Positions 9,934 through 38,134 of a stretch of 64,000 nucleotides of DNA are shown one piece after another (the first letter of the stretch is position 1; the number at the start of each line of letters is the position of its first letter). The stretch lies in the NCBI GenBank assembly GCA_043228905.1, contig JBHGNT010000001.1, positions 24,614,001 through 24,678,000 of the forward strand, in the 5' to 3' direction. A model generated the notes under the pieces. The model ran no database searches and was not told the DNA's origin. It saw only the letters and a list, made by a program, of their open reading frames with translations. This DNA comes from Azolla caroliniana (Eukaryota > Plantae > Polypodiophyta). A program made the position numbers and the translations under genes.

Positions 9934-12900
9934 ATGGCATCAACATCCGGCTCGTCAGAAATGAGTCTACGAAAGTTCGATGGATCGAACTTCAACTTCT
10001 GGAAGGAGCAAATGCAGGACTATCTCATAGTCAAGGGGCAAATCGATCCCATCGAAAATGAAGAACCTCCAGAAGGATACAAACCAATTGAGTGGCAGAA
10101 GCTGGACAGAATCGTCCGCGCCACGATTCGGATGCACCTATCGGAATCGGTATACTTTACGGTGCAATCGTGTACGACAGCATTCGAACTGTGGAAAACA
10201 TTGTCGGACACCTATGAAAAGAAGGTCGCTGCAACGAAGATGTTTCTGATCCGGCGCCTCTACAACTTGCGGATGAAAGAATCCGATTCGGTTCAAGCAC
10301 ATCTCAATGAGTACGAAAGCATAAGCTCCCAAATCTCGTCACAGGGGACGGCAATCGAGGATGAACTCAGAGCAATGATACTCATGAGCAGCCTTCCCTC
10401 ATCGTGGGAAACTTTCGTCACAACTGTGTGCAACGCGTCAACCACGGCTGTTAAATACTCCGAAGTCACGAGCGCAATCCTGACCGAAGCAGCCCGGAGA
10501 AAGTCTTTCGCCAAAGACTCAACAGACGACGCTTACGTAGTACAAGGTTCGACAGACCGATCAAACATACGAGGAAGAGATTCCTCACGGCCGCCGAACA
10601 ATCAGCGAAGACGGAGCCAGTCACGGGATAATCGAATCTGCAACTATTGCAAGAAACCCGGACACATCAAAGCCGACTGCCGCGCACTCAAGAACAAGAA
10701 CGACAAGTCTCAGAGATCAGACAAGAAGAGTGGCCGGCATGAGGAGATCAATTACGTCAGCTTCTCAGCTGATGTGCTACCAAACGACCCGAATATACTA
10801 TCAATCGAAAATCTAGTCGGATCAGAAGTTCTGCTCACGACTGAAGAATCGAGCACATGGCTCTTAGATTCGGGCGCGTCATTTCACGTGACTCCTCATC
10901 GATCCCAATTTCGGCAATATACGATCCGTCACTCCGACTCAGTTCGAGTCGGTAACTCGCAACACTGTGACATCATTGGAATCGGCACAGTAGAGCTCAA
11001 CCTTGCAGGTGGCTCTACACTTGTACTTCACAATGTCCGACATGTACCCGAGCTCTCAAGGCCATTGATCTCAGTCGGACAACTAGATGAAGACGGCATT
11101 CGTGCCGGTTTTTCTTCGGGAGGGTGGACACTCCACAGGGGGAACCTCCTGCTTGCTAGAGGACCCAAGATACACACACTGTATCCGTTACATGTTACGC
11201 TCAGAGAGGGTAACCTGTTTTTGGTGGATATTCCTGTGTCATCACTATGGCACAGAAGATTAGGACACCTCAGCAAGGCCGGCATTACGCATCTATCTAG
11301 AGCCGGATACATCCCTAAACTCTCCTTCTCGAGACCATCAATTCTGCGAGCATTGCTAGTATGGCAAACAAGCAGCCGCATCACACCCGACATCAGCACC
11401 AAGAGAAACGAGACCTCTCGATTTGGTCCACTCGGACGTCTGTGGCCCAATGCCGCATCAGTCTCTCGGCGGTGCCTCTTACTTCGTCAGTTTTATTGAC
11501 GATTCGACTCGAAAGGTGTGGGCTTATCCAATTCGCACCAAAGATCGTGTCTTCTCGATCTTCTCCGATTGGCTCGCTATGGTAGAAAATCAAACCGACC
11601 GAAAACTGAAATGCTTTCGGACCGACAATGGGGGAGAGTTCAAATCAGAAGAATTCGTCAAATTCTGCCGACAACGCGGCATCCGACGTGAATTTACGGC
11701 ACCACACAGTCCGGAGCAAAACGGGATTGCCGAACGCATGAATCGGACAATCCAAGAACAGATAGTTTCCATGCTCCAACACTCCGGACTGTCAGATGGC
11801 TTCTGGGCAGAGGCTCTACTCACGGCAGTACACATAATCAATATGTCGCCAAGCAGACCTCTAGGACTTCAAATTCCTCAGGAACTATGGATCGGCAGTA
11901 AGCCGAATTACGACAAGCTGAGGATCTTCGGATGCGAGGCGTACGCCCTTATTCCGAAAGATGATCGCCGAAAACTTGCACCTCGGTCCAGGAAATGCAT
12001 TTTCCTTGGATATGGATCCGACGGCGAAATGGGATACCGACTCTGGGATCCCGAACGCAGACAAATCGTCCGAAGTTCGAACGTTGTGTTCAACGAGTCG
12101 GCTATGAATCCATCAGTCAAAATACCGATCGAAGTCCGAAGGGTAACATTTTCCGATGTGCCGACCCTTCAAGAAGGCCCCGCTCTTAACACACGGTCAG
12201 CTTCACGGGTAGCTGAACCTTACACTACCGATTCGGACAACTCTGACTCGGCACAGCAGCTTTCGGACCATCCGACCTCGATACCCGATGCGACTAGTCC
12301 AATCATACCTCGACGATCCGAGAGACTGTCGCAACCTCCGGAGAGGTATTCTCCTGGAATTTTCTTCACCGACGCCGGCGAACCGATGTCTTACGAAGAA
12401 GCATCGACATCTGTCGATTCCGCCACCTGGCATCTGGCGATGGAGTCGGAAATGCACTCCATTCGGGCAAACAAGACTTGGGATCTGGTCGAATTACCTA
12501 GGAACCGACGTGCTCTTCCTTGCAAGTGGGTTTATCGACTAAAAGAGACGTCTGATTCGACCACCCCAAAGTACAAGGCCAGATTAGTTGCGAAGGGCTT
12601 CCGACAAGAATATGGCGTCGACTTCGACGAGATTTTTTCACCAGTGGTGAAAATGACAACCCTTCATTTTCTACTCGGCGTAGTGGCAGCCGACAACTTG
12701 GAGCTGATTCAGCTAGATGTCAAAACAACATTCCTCCATGGTGATCTTGAAGAGGAAATTTATATGGAGCAGCCAAAAGGCTTCGTGGCAACTGGCCAAG
12801 AACATCTAGTCTGCCGACTCAGGAAGAGTCTATACGGCCTCAAACAGGCACCGCGACAATGGTACAAGAAGTTCGACGACTTCATCCAATCGATCGGCTT

Positions 12901-13957
12901 CTCAAAAAGCGATGAGGACCATTGTTTGTTTACCAACACAGCTCAAGATGGATCACCCATCTTCCTCATCATTTACGTGGACGACATGCTAATTTCTGGA
13001 CGCCACGCGGGCGAACTTGCCGATCTCATTCGGCAACTGCGGTTGAAGTTTGCCATGAAGGACCTCGGTCCGGCACGACACATACTTGGCATGAAGATTA
13101 GTCGGCATCGCGATCAACGACATCTTTTTTTGTCTCAGACCGACTATATCGGACGTGTCTTGGAACGCTTCAACATGCAATCAGCCAAATCTGCTTCAAC
13201 CCCGCTCCCCATGAATCTTCGGCTCTCTCAGCGAGACTGCCCGACATCCGGTCCGGAGGGGGAAGATATGAAGTCGGTACCGTATGCACCGACAGTCGGC
13301 TCCCTTATGTACCTGATGGTCGCGACACGGCCTGATATTTCTCATGTCGTAGGAGTCGTTAGCAGATTTATGCACAATCCTGGCCGATCGCATTGGAACG
13401 CAGTCAAGCATGTGTTCAAATATCTGGCTGGCACAAAAGACCACGGCATTCTTTTCGGTCCGAACTCAACTACAGGCGTAGTCGGTTACACCGACTCAGA
13501 CTTCGCCGGCTGTATAGACAGTCGGAAATCAACAACTGGATACTGCTTCAAATTCAGCAATGGAGCAATTTCGTGGAAGTCGAAACTTCAGGAGTGCACA
13601 ACGACCTCAACGACCGAAGCAGAATATGTAGCTGCGTCCGACGCTGCAAAAGAAGCTTTGTGGCTCGGCCGGCTGGCGCACACGTTTCGACAAGTCGACC
13701 ATGACTCGGCCCCAGTTGTCTATAGCGACAGTCAAGGTGTTGTTGCCTTGTCGAAAAATCCGGTTCACCACAACGCCTCCAAACATATCGACGTTCGATA
13801 TCACTTCGTTCGGGACTGCGTCATTTCAGGGAAAATCGGTCTAGAGAAAATATCCACAACCGACAATGTCGCAGATGGAATGACCAAGTGTCTTTCGGCA
13901 GACCGCTTTCGGTCCCTTCGGCATCAGATGGGCGTAACGACAAACCAGTCTGGTTAG
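9934..13957 (+). pseudogene. Copia B gag-pol, disrupted by a 1-bp frameshift near 11331 and an in-frame TAG near 11357
   Basis: ORF 9931-11499 (gag, CNYCKKPGHIKADC, WLLDSGAS, LWHRRLGH) and ORF 11423-13957 (integrase, RT YVDD, RNase H TDSD/KHIDVRYH). The expected SFSDHQFCEHCQYGKQ is shifted and reads HC*YGKQ. Confidence 0.88.
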
Positions 13958-14150
13958 AGCCGGACACATCGCAGGATGGTTTCCGACAACCGACATCAGT
14001 TCCTTAATGATCGGCTTCAACTCTTCCGACCCGACCAGTTCGGTCTTCTGCCTTCGGACCCTGCCGACTCGAACAAAACTGATATGTCCGAGAACCTAGG
14101 TTTATGCCTGTAATCTTAGATAACCCATGTATACGCCCATTACGGGGGAG

Positions 14151-14332
14151 TGTCGAATACAAGTGTATAATGGACGTATTCACACTATCCCTTTGTATAG
14201 ATCAAGTTTGGGCCATTTGTGTAATTAGCATAAATGGTAGATGCCCTAAGTCTGTCACTATATATAGTGACCTTGTAACCTTTTTGTAAGGTTGGGTTGT
14301 ATTATTGCTTTATGGAATAGAAAGAGTCGTTT

Positions 14333-14387
<55 letters not shown>

Positions 14388-14475
14388 GTGCAACGACCTA
14401 GAAACTGTCATACGCAGGTACAGAACAGAATCGAATGCTTCTTGATCTTCCGCATAGACGACCTTGTCTCCAACA
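14151..14475 (+). repeat. 3' LTR of Copia B (325 bp)
   Basis: Direct repeat of 8920-9232; the microsatellite here is GT(CT)23. Confidence 0.95.
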
Positions 14476-15092
14476 CAAGGGGAGTTGGCCGAACGAGGAA
14501 CTGAAATCGACTCGGACGAAGAGGCTGAAGACGAACTAACCATACCAAACGCAGGCCGAAGATACCCCCTTAGAGAGCGAAGAGCCCCCCGAAGATTTCT
14601 GGATGAAGAACGCGTACTGTTAACTGATGAGGGGAAGACAGAAAACTACGAAGAAGTTAAGAAAGATACCCACAACCAAGAGTGGTTATGTGCCATGCAA
14701 GAGGAGATGGATTCCTTGCATGAGAACCACACATAGGAATTGACCGAGTTGCCGAAGGGGAAGAATGCACTCCGAAATAAGTGGGTATACAAGTTGAAAC
14801 CAGGAGATGGCCGAAATCCACCCAAATACAAAGCACGAATTTTCGTAAAAGGGTTTCAGTAGAAGAAGGGCGTGGATTTCAACGAAATATTTGCCATGGT
14901 AGTGAAGATGACATCCATCTGAACCGCGTTGAGCATTGCGGCCAGCATGGATCTCGAAGTCGAACAATTGGATGTCAAGATGGCGTTCCTGCACAGAGAT
15001 CTCGAAGAGGAGATATATATGCAGCAGGCAGAAGGATTCGTAATGAAAGGTAAAGAAAACCTGGTATGCCGATTGAGGAAGAGCATGTACGG

Positions 15093-15715
15093 TGTCGCGT
15101 TGTTACGCGCGTGCGTGGAGAAAGGCGGGACCACGGGAGTCTTGGACTAGGGAGTGACGGAGCGTAGGAAGCCGCGCTTCACTCCTTTCGAGGCACCCCA
15201 AGAGCACACCAGAAGCGACCAGAGGGAGAGAGAGAGAGAGAGTGAGCAAGCGTGCAACATTGACACTCGCACGAACATGTACATAAGCAAGAAAGAAACA
15301 CTAAGACACACACATGCACACCAATAGAGACCCGAATATGCACAACCACATGTATATGTATTTACAAGACAACGAGAATCAACACCGACTTCAAGCCGGA
15401 CCTAGGCCGCACGAGATACAACCGTTGTCTACTGCCAACAAGAGAGAGAGAGAGAGAGAGAACGTCACTCAGTCTAACGGTATACCCTACTAATACAAAA
15501 TGGGCAACCGTTCTACAAGGGACCATCCCTTCATTTTATAGAACAAGGAGAGGGATGTGTTACAATGTGGGATAAATCCCGATTTACATGGGATTCTTCG
15601 TCCCGACTTAACTCTATTATTCACACAATTACACGAGGGTGAGTGCACATGGTGCACCCCGCCGATGTAGCCAATATTTCCCGGTTTTCGCCTCTAGCCG
15701 AAATTCTTCACGACA
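15093..15715 (-). mobile_element. Solo LTR of the TGTCGTGAAG (Trp-primed Gypsy) group
   Basis: The minus strand starts TGTCGTGAAG and ends CGCGACA. It splits Copia A RT at MYG|LKQAPRQW, with 4-bp TSD ACGG/ATGG. Confidence 0.85.
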
Positions 15716-16539
15716 ATGGGTTGAAGCAGGCTCCACGGCAATGGTACCAAAAATTTGAATCCTTCATGACCGAAAACAAGTACCACAAAACGTAGGCCGA
15801 TCACTGGGTATTTGTGAAGAAGTTCGATGGAGGAGATTTCCTCATCCTTTTGTTCTACGTGGATGACATGCCAATTGTCGAACAAGACCATATGAAGATC
15901 CGAGCACTGAAGAAGTCCTTGAAAGGGTCATTCTCAATAAAGGATATGGGTCCGGCAAAGCAAATCCTGGGTATGCACATTGTTCAAGACAGAACAAAGA
16001 AATTGTTATGGCTGTCACAGGAGAAATATGTGACAAAGGTGCTCCAGAGATTCAGCATGGAAGGCACGAAACCGATAGGCTCGACACTGCCAACGAACTG
16101 CAAGTTGAGTAAAAATCAATGTCCGAAATCGAAAACCGAAAAGGCCAAAATGTCAAAAGTCCCCTATGCCTCAGCGGTTGGAAGCCTGATGTACATAATG
16201 GTGTGTACCAAGCTGGACATTGGATATGTCATCGGAGTGGTCAGCCGATATATGAGCAATCCCGGGAAAGAGCATTGGGCTGCCGTGAAATGGATATTTC
16301 GGTACCTGAGAGGCACCTCGAGCATGTGTCTTCGTTTCGGCTCAGGTAACCCCACATTGGAAGGCTACACAGATTCGGACATGTCGGTTGATGTAGATAC
16401 CAGCCAATCCATGTCCGGATACGTAATGACGTATGCAGGGGGAGTTGTCTCGTGGCAATCAAGGTTGCAAAAGGTCGTGGTGTTATCGACCACGGAAGCC
16501 AAGTACATGGTCGCAACGGAAGCCGGCAAGGAAATCGTA

Positions 16540-16933
16540 ACGTGGAAAACCCTAATAGGGAAAAACCACGGAAGTCCACAAACTCCAAACAGTTCATTAT
16601 ATGAAAGGAAATACAAGGAGACTCAAAGGCAACAACCTTGAGCTCGTCTTCTTTGCCTACAGGTGGTTACAACAAAGATACTACACACATTCTCTCTCTC
16701 TCTCTATCAGTTACAACAACTATATAAATAATGGTTTGCCCTAGTTGTATTTATACTAATACAATTATTATGGCTATTTACAATTTTGGCCCTAAATAGG
16801 CGCAACAAAACCTATTACACATTTGGCCTTTTCCGAATGCCTCTCTAGATCCGATCCGGACTCACTTCTTCGTCAGATCCAACTAATGTGGCTCGTTCTT
16901 TACTTCCCATCCGGAGGGACCTGTTTCCCAACT
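16540..16933 (-). mobile_element. Truncated LTR fragment related to the solo LTR at 55766-56356
   Basis: Shares ACGTGGAAAACCC...GGGAAAAAACCACGG, TTTGCCCTAG and CCCATCCGGAGGGACCTGT with 55766-56356. Confidence 0.7.
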
Positions 16934-18317
16934 ATTTCTAGGAATACAAAAACTTGTCCCCGTGCATCCTATATAACAACCAATCCCATGTGCACCATAT
17001 GATTAAAGTGGGGAAGAAGAGAGTGTTTATCCTCCCATCCCAAAAGACAATATGTTGCCAAAACCTCCATTTTGCAAAGAATTTGTAGTTTCCCTTTTAT
17101 GTGTTGGATGCCACTCCAAAAAATCCAAGACATTCTAACACTTTGCCAAGAGTCCAATAAATGTTGAGGTATTAATGACATTGCATGCTTTATTTGTTTA
17201 TCATTTTTTACCACGTGACACCAATAGACTAAAATCTTCGTCTTTCCATGATTGATACCTTTTTTATAATAAAGTAAGAGATCATTTTTGTCAATGGTGG
17301 TTTTCCCTCAAACATAACATAACCTTAAGAAAATAGAATATTTGAGCCCCCCATATGTTCGTATAGATTCAAAGTTGTTGCCCCACCAAGTCCTTTAGAG
17401 TATTGACTCCATGCCACCAATTAAGGCATGATATTTATTTATTTCCTTTTCCATTATGTGAACTACATTGAGGTTGTTAAATTTTCAATGGCCTTTTTAG
17501 GGCAATAATGGTAAATGATATGATAACATATGAATCATTTTTAACCTAACATGAAAATACATAAATTTGTCTACAATTCAAGCGGATATCAAATCTTGGA
17601 TTTTCAAAATTGACACATCTCAACCCCAAGCAAAGGATTTAAGATGGATCTTAAACAACATCAACAACCCATACCAGTATTACCTAAAATCGTACATTGG
17701 ATGTAAATCCACAAAGTGTTATTGTTAGCAAGAGCCTTGCTAGACCACAAGTGTCTCAACATTGTTATGATAGAGATATTTGTCTCCTCCAACGAGGTTA
17801 GTAAGCATTTGGTTTCATTAAGACATTTCAAAATACTTGAGATTAATGACAAAGCATATCTTGACCTTATGCAATCCTAGATCATGTGTGACCAAACAAA
17901 GAGAATCATCTTTCTTCTTCGCAAAAGATCTATGTGCACCAATAAGGGATTTAAAATATTGGATAAATCCACTCATCTTTTTGGTAGGTTAGAGATAATT
18001 AGTGTTCATGATAACCTCTCCTTTTTCATCACTTGTTGATCAACTTATTAATTTCTAGAGAAAAGAACGGTTTATTCCTATGTGTGTATGTTTTCTAAAA
18101 CTCTTGTAACTATGAAGTTTATAGTCGTGAAATCAATCTTAACGGTATGTTTTAGTGATCCATTATTCCATACGACTTAAATAAAAGTTTATAATCATGT
18201 TTTTTAAATATCATGAATTATTTCATTTGAACTTAATTTGTGAAATGCAATTGTATAATCACAAGGCCATCTAATAATTCTTCTTCCAAATTGTGCTATC
18301 ATTAACTTTGATTTGCC

Positions 18318-18550
18318 GCGAAACTTCAGCTTTCCATCAAACATCAACTTGTTGCCCAACTTCAACTTATCAACAAGCTTCTAGTTGTCATTCAACTTTG
18401 ACTTGTCAACAAACTTCAACTTATCATCAAACTTTTAGTTTCCATATATATAACTTCAACTTATTATTGTCATCTTTGACTTGTCAAATTATAACATGTC
18501 AATAAACTTCAACCTAATATCAAACTTTGATTTGTACTTATCAACAAACA
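18318..18550. repeat. Degenerate 18-bp tandem repeat (consensus approximately CAACTTRTCAWCAAACTT)
   Basis: Successive units caacttgttgcccaactt, caacttatcaacaagctt, ctagttgtcattcaactt, tgacttgtcaacaaactt, caacttatcatcaaactt. Confidence 0.65.
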
Positions 18551-21199
18551 CCGACTTCCAAAAACAATCCATATTTAACCAATCTTCCAAGTCCAACATA
18601 GATGGCTCTTGGATTTCAATGATTCTTTTTCAAACTTAGGCAAGACTTGACAACATTGACAAATCAACAAATTTGAGTAACCTCTCTTAGTTTAGACCCT
18701 TGTGGTTTTGCCTCATCTTCCACGCATACTTTTGCCTTTTTTCTAATATTGGAAAACATCTTCATCAAGTTGTTTCACGTCACATATAGAACTTACCATG
18801 AGAAAAAAAATTAAGGAGAAAAATGGATTAAGGGTTCTTAACCACATTGACCATCCTCAAGCAACATACATAAGACAAACATAAAATATTGTTGGTGTCC
18901 CATAGCACCAAATACTACCTTACACTATACCTTGGTTGTTAGATAATAGATCCAAAGAGGAGATCCTAGCCTCACAAATAGAGTATCGATAATGTCTCGA
19001 GATGTTGAACACCTAAGGCTCCCACACCACCATGTTCTCCCGTGGGCCATAAGTCTGTATGGATTTGCCCATTCCAAGGATAATCAGTTTCTTCACTATG
19101 ATACCCTTAACCCATTTAATCTTTAGCTTTAAATTTGGTCCATAAGGTTATGCCTATAACATTTTACTCATCCTTTAATTTTTTTTGCATTTTCACATAA
19201 TTGAACAAATTTTTTTGTGCATATACATTGTTATATAATCCATCCATGCGAATCGCTCATAAGGAGCTCAATGCTTCTTGAATTTGGCATGTTTGTCGAG
19301 TTACTTTTGATGTAGCCACGATGACGTTGTCTAACTAGAAATTGTATCATTTTATAATTCCAATTTGCAATCTTGGTTCATCAAGCTTCTTGTTTGGGGA
19401 TAGCCGCCCATTTGCATATTCATGTTGTTGGTGAATATTTCTTCTTCTTTTATTCATCGGCTTCCTTCAACCTCTTCCATACACAAGCTATATAGACGCG
19501 TTACAATAGCAACATTCAACCACATCAATACATATGAGTTGTTTCTTCAATGATTTCTTCCATACCAACATACAAGCAATTGGGAGGCTATGTCGGTGAA
19601 TAACCCTCATGTTGTGATACCATGTAAAGGACTAGATAATTTAATTATATGCCAAAAAGTAGATAAAGATATGTGTGTGTGGGAGGAGAGTAATAATACA
19701 AGATTAGTAAATGTTAAGTATGTTAACAAATAAACTACATATACAATTCAACAATATATCAAAGGTAAATAAATGTGTAATCAACATTAGATATAAGGAA
19801 GGGGAGGGATTGGTTTATATAGACATATATGTAAGTACATAAACATTAGAACTAACCTAGTAGTGGAAGGGATCGTGAGTGGAGTAGCTATAATATCCAC
19901 TTCACTAATGAACCTTTATATTCCATTTGTCAAATAATGAACTTTAGGATTGTGTTCATACACAAGGTGTGAGGCTAAGGTTGATATTGCAACAATGATG
20001 ACACGGCAAGGAGACCCATATATTGCGTTAATTTGCATGCCTTCACTTCAATGCTAGAATATTTTATTTGTACATTAGCGATCCTTGATATGCTTCCACC
20101 ACTTTTTCTAAACATTGGCACACATCCCATCAAATAATCGTTCCCTTGTTGCCTTTTTTGGGGTATGTTCCCTCAATATTATTGGATTCTACACGAAACA
20201 ATGTGCTAACCTTGGCCATGATGATTAATGTCCCATAATGCTAGTCTAAAACTCAACAAGCAACAAAGTAGCAAAGAGTTGGAGTCCAAGCATAGGGATC
20301 ACTCAATAATTGAAAAATGAAAGACCTAATGATTACCTAAGACCCTATAGGATGTGTCTTCACATGCTAAAGGTTATTAGCTTTTCTCCATATATAGCTA
20401 ATTCCCATCCAAGTGACTATGAACCTTAAATCCTAAATTTATAACGACAATGCTATATGCTAATGCATAATGTGAAGGCATTGATTGCATTTAAACATTA
20501 TGCTTCAACCTTTCTCCAAACCATCCTTGGAAATTAAAACACATAAACGAGATGGTAAAAATTCAAAGCTCATTATTTATAAATCAGACTTATGGATGGT
20601 GGCATCAAGCAAGGATTTGAAGTGTTAGGTTTACTATAAAAACTCTTTTATTCATACTCTTAGCTTCACATTGGAAAACTCATGTACACTTGCATTTTTT
20701 CTCCATGAAAAAATGATTGTATAGTATGTACTATGGATATTGACCCATTTTCCACAATACAAAGAGTGAGATCAATCACACTTTGTTCTAAAAGTTAATG
20801 CGAATAAATATCTCATCAAGATAAATAGAACTTCACACTCAACAACAAACAAACAAAAATGCGGGCAAAGTAAACACATGACGAAAAGTGTCGGTTCACC
20901 CTACATGGGGGATAGAGATGCCAAGAAATATAGCCAAAAAACAAAGAAACAAGCACATGTAAGGGATATGGCAATGGTTATTGTTTGAACATAGTCAGCA
21001 CTCTACGAGACATAGGCAGACACGGTATGCTTCTAGGCACAGTCTCGAAAACCCGGGATCATCGTAGGTTCAAATACTACAGGAGGGCCCACCGAATGGA
21101 CACGGACAAGCGCTCGTCTTGGATCACATACAAACGCAGACACAAACACACAAACACACACACACATAGACACACAAAGACACACACAGGAAGGAAAGA

Positions 21200-21422
21200 A
21201 AGCTTTTGGTTGTGGGCCTGAGCTGGAGGTTACCTATCTATCAAGTGGAGCAACTTTTATGAATGTCTCTTTTACTTGCCCAAAAGAGTTGAAGGAATAG
21301 AAGCGAGACCCTGTTTCGCCCCTCGGCTCTTTCCTCCAGATCTAAACAAATCGAACAAGAACACAAGCAAGAATAAATTTTCCACGCACGATTCTCCCTT
21401 CAATCCTCTCGGATCTGTCGCG
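21200..21422 (+). other. SEC23: Probable non-coding first exon (5' UTR) of SEC23; start approximate
   Basis: CT-rich leader ending at a strong donor G|GTGAGT (21423). A matching acceptor TTTCTTTCAG ends at 22989, 99 nt before the ATG. Confidence 0.55.
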
Positions 21423-21649
21423 GTGAGTCTTCTCTTCTGCTCTGATTGTAGAAAATAGCCCTCGCAATTTTCTTCAATAATAAGGTCCGCATCATTCGGA
21501 TCGACTACATACCATTTTCAGGGCTTGATCTGATTTAGGTTTATTCACATCCTGCTTAAACATAGCGATTTTAGGGTTCCAAATTCATGCTCATTTTTGG
21601 GATCACGATATACAAAATAGATTGGGTTATAAAAGGGAAAAGGGGAAAA

Positions 21650-22440
21650 TGTGCTCTGTGACCACAACAGGTAAGAAAATCTACCCATGTTGATGAATCG
21701 ACATGTTGTGAAATTCAGCCTACTGATGTGGCATCCTCTGCAAATTCAGGTAAATGATTATGTCTGTTGACATGTCATCACACCACACTGCCTGCTGCCT
21801 GGGGAGGTAAGGAATTATATGTGCTGACTTGGAAGGTTAATAATCATGTGTGCTGACATGTCAACATATGATTAAATACTTCCTACTCATGTGATGTCTT
21901 ATAATATGCATAAAGTTCAGGTGATTATGTGTGTTGACATGTTGATATGTTAGTAAATACTACTTCCGAATGTAGCAGGTAAGTAATCGTATTTGCTGCC
22001 TGTCAACATGTTGTTAAATAGTGCTTGATGATGATGTGGTGGGCACGTAGATGATGTGCACTGACATGTCAACACTCGTTTCTGATATTCTCGGTTTTAT
22101 GTGCTGACATGGCAAGATTTCATTGAGTATGCTGCCTGTTTACATGACATTGACTTAGAGTTCCTTGCTGGGCTGCAACACCTACATGTAATTACTTATG
22201 TGTGCTGCCATGTCAACATTTTGTTAACTACCACCTGCTGACCTGGCAGGTAAGTATTTGCCTCTTGACATATCAAGGTGCAGCTAAATGTTGCTTGCTG
22301 ATGTAGCATTGGCTTCATAACTGTAAGTTCTGGTGCATCGACACATAATTAAATACTTCCTGATGATGTGGCATGCATTTCATAATTGTATGCAGCCATC
22401 CCAACGCATCAAATACTGGCTTCTGATGTAGTGTCCATTT
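21650..22440. repeat. Degenerate repeat array with palindromic TGACATGTCA / TGATGTGGCA cores in the SEC23 leader intron
   Basis: Recurrent ATTATGTGTGCTGACATGTCAACA-like units, e.g. near 21760, 21850, 21925, 22060, 22100 and 22200. Confidence 0.6.
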
Positions 22441-23088
22441 ATGGCCTGCATAGGTTACTGATTATATGGCATTGACTTTGAGTCACTGACAATAGAGATA
22501 TCTTAATTCTAGCTTCCCTTGTTTGGTTCTCTAATTCAGGAACTATCAAGATCAAAGCAGTTTTGCTAAGATCTTGGAAATGAATTGATGAAAATAAATA
22601 ACCAATTATGAGTCTTATGAAACCAAGAAGGACAAGGTTCAAATTCATTGATAACTGAAGTTTTTACTGGGTGAATATCTGAGTATTGTACAAACACCCT
22701 CCGCTGTCTACCAAGAGGGAAAAGCCATGGCACAATACGTTTGTGATCCTAAGCCTTGTTACATGCTAGATCCATCGTATACGAACGTTTGTCATTGTCA
22801 TCCTAACATTATTTATATGTCCATAAAAAATTGCAACTATTGTGTTTTAAAATTACCTTTTCATTAATGTTTGCATGTACCTAAGTGCACTTACGCAAAA
22901 TGGATTATGTTGATTCTTTGTAACTTTTGGTTCCATATACCTTCAAAGCATTCCATGGACATACATATAACTTTCTTTCTTTCTTTCAGGCTTCAATTTG
23001 CTTTATTTGGGCTTCTTCAGGGAGCCCATTAAGATCAAGCAGTATTTGCCAAAACCTTGACAAATACAGTGACTTAACCCTTTCAAGA

Positions 23089-38134
<15,046 letters not shown>

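Larger units (their letters stand above)
8920..14475 (+). mobile_element. Full-length Ty1/Copia retrotransposon (Copia B) nested in Copia A
   Basis: LTRs 8920-9232 and 14151-14475 (TG...CA), PBS TGGTATCAGAGC (tRNA-iMet) at 9235-9246, PPT GGGGGAG at 14144-14150, 5-bp TSD CAAGG (8915-8919 / 14476-14480). Confidence 0.96.
1..16537 (+). mobile_element. Decayed Ty1/Copia retrotransposon (Copia A); gag-pol split by three nested insertions, 3' end truncated, no LTR visible
   Basis: Pieces 1-485, 7654-8919, 14481-15092 and 15720-16537 read as one Copia polyprotein: zinc knuckle CFYCGKSGHFQKIC, protease WVVNSGASFH, LWHKRLCH, integrase VHTDV/FIDD, RT QLDVKMAFLH/YVDD, RNase H YTDSD/STTEA. Many stops and frameshifts. 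The frame is restored across the 486 and 15093 insertions once their TSDs are removed. Confidence 0.9.

Noticed and set aside
11320-11430. Programmed frameshift in Copia B
   Set aside because: The shift falls inside the integrase zinc-finger region, has no slippery heptamer and is followed by an in-frame TAG, so it is better explained as mutation.
19611-19900. Minus-strand ...TTACA TGGTATCA resembling an LTR end plus Met PBS of an ancient element spanning ~17-20 kb
   Set aside because: Only 8 nt match; no partner LTR or readable coding domain could be found.
22927-23088. N-terminal extension of SEC23 given by the ORF track
   Set aside because: It starts at a TTG inside the intron; SEC23 homology begins at ATG 23089.
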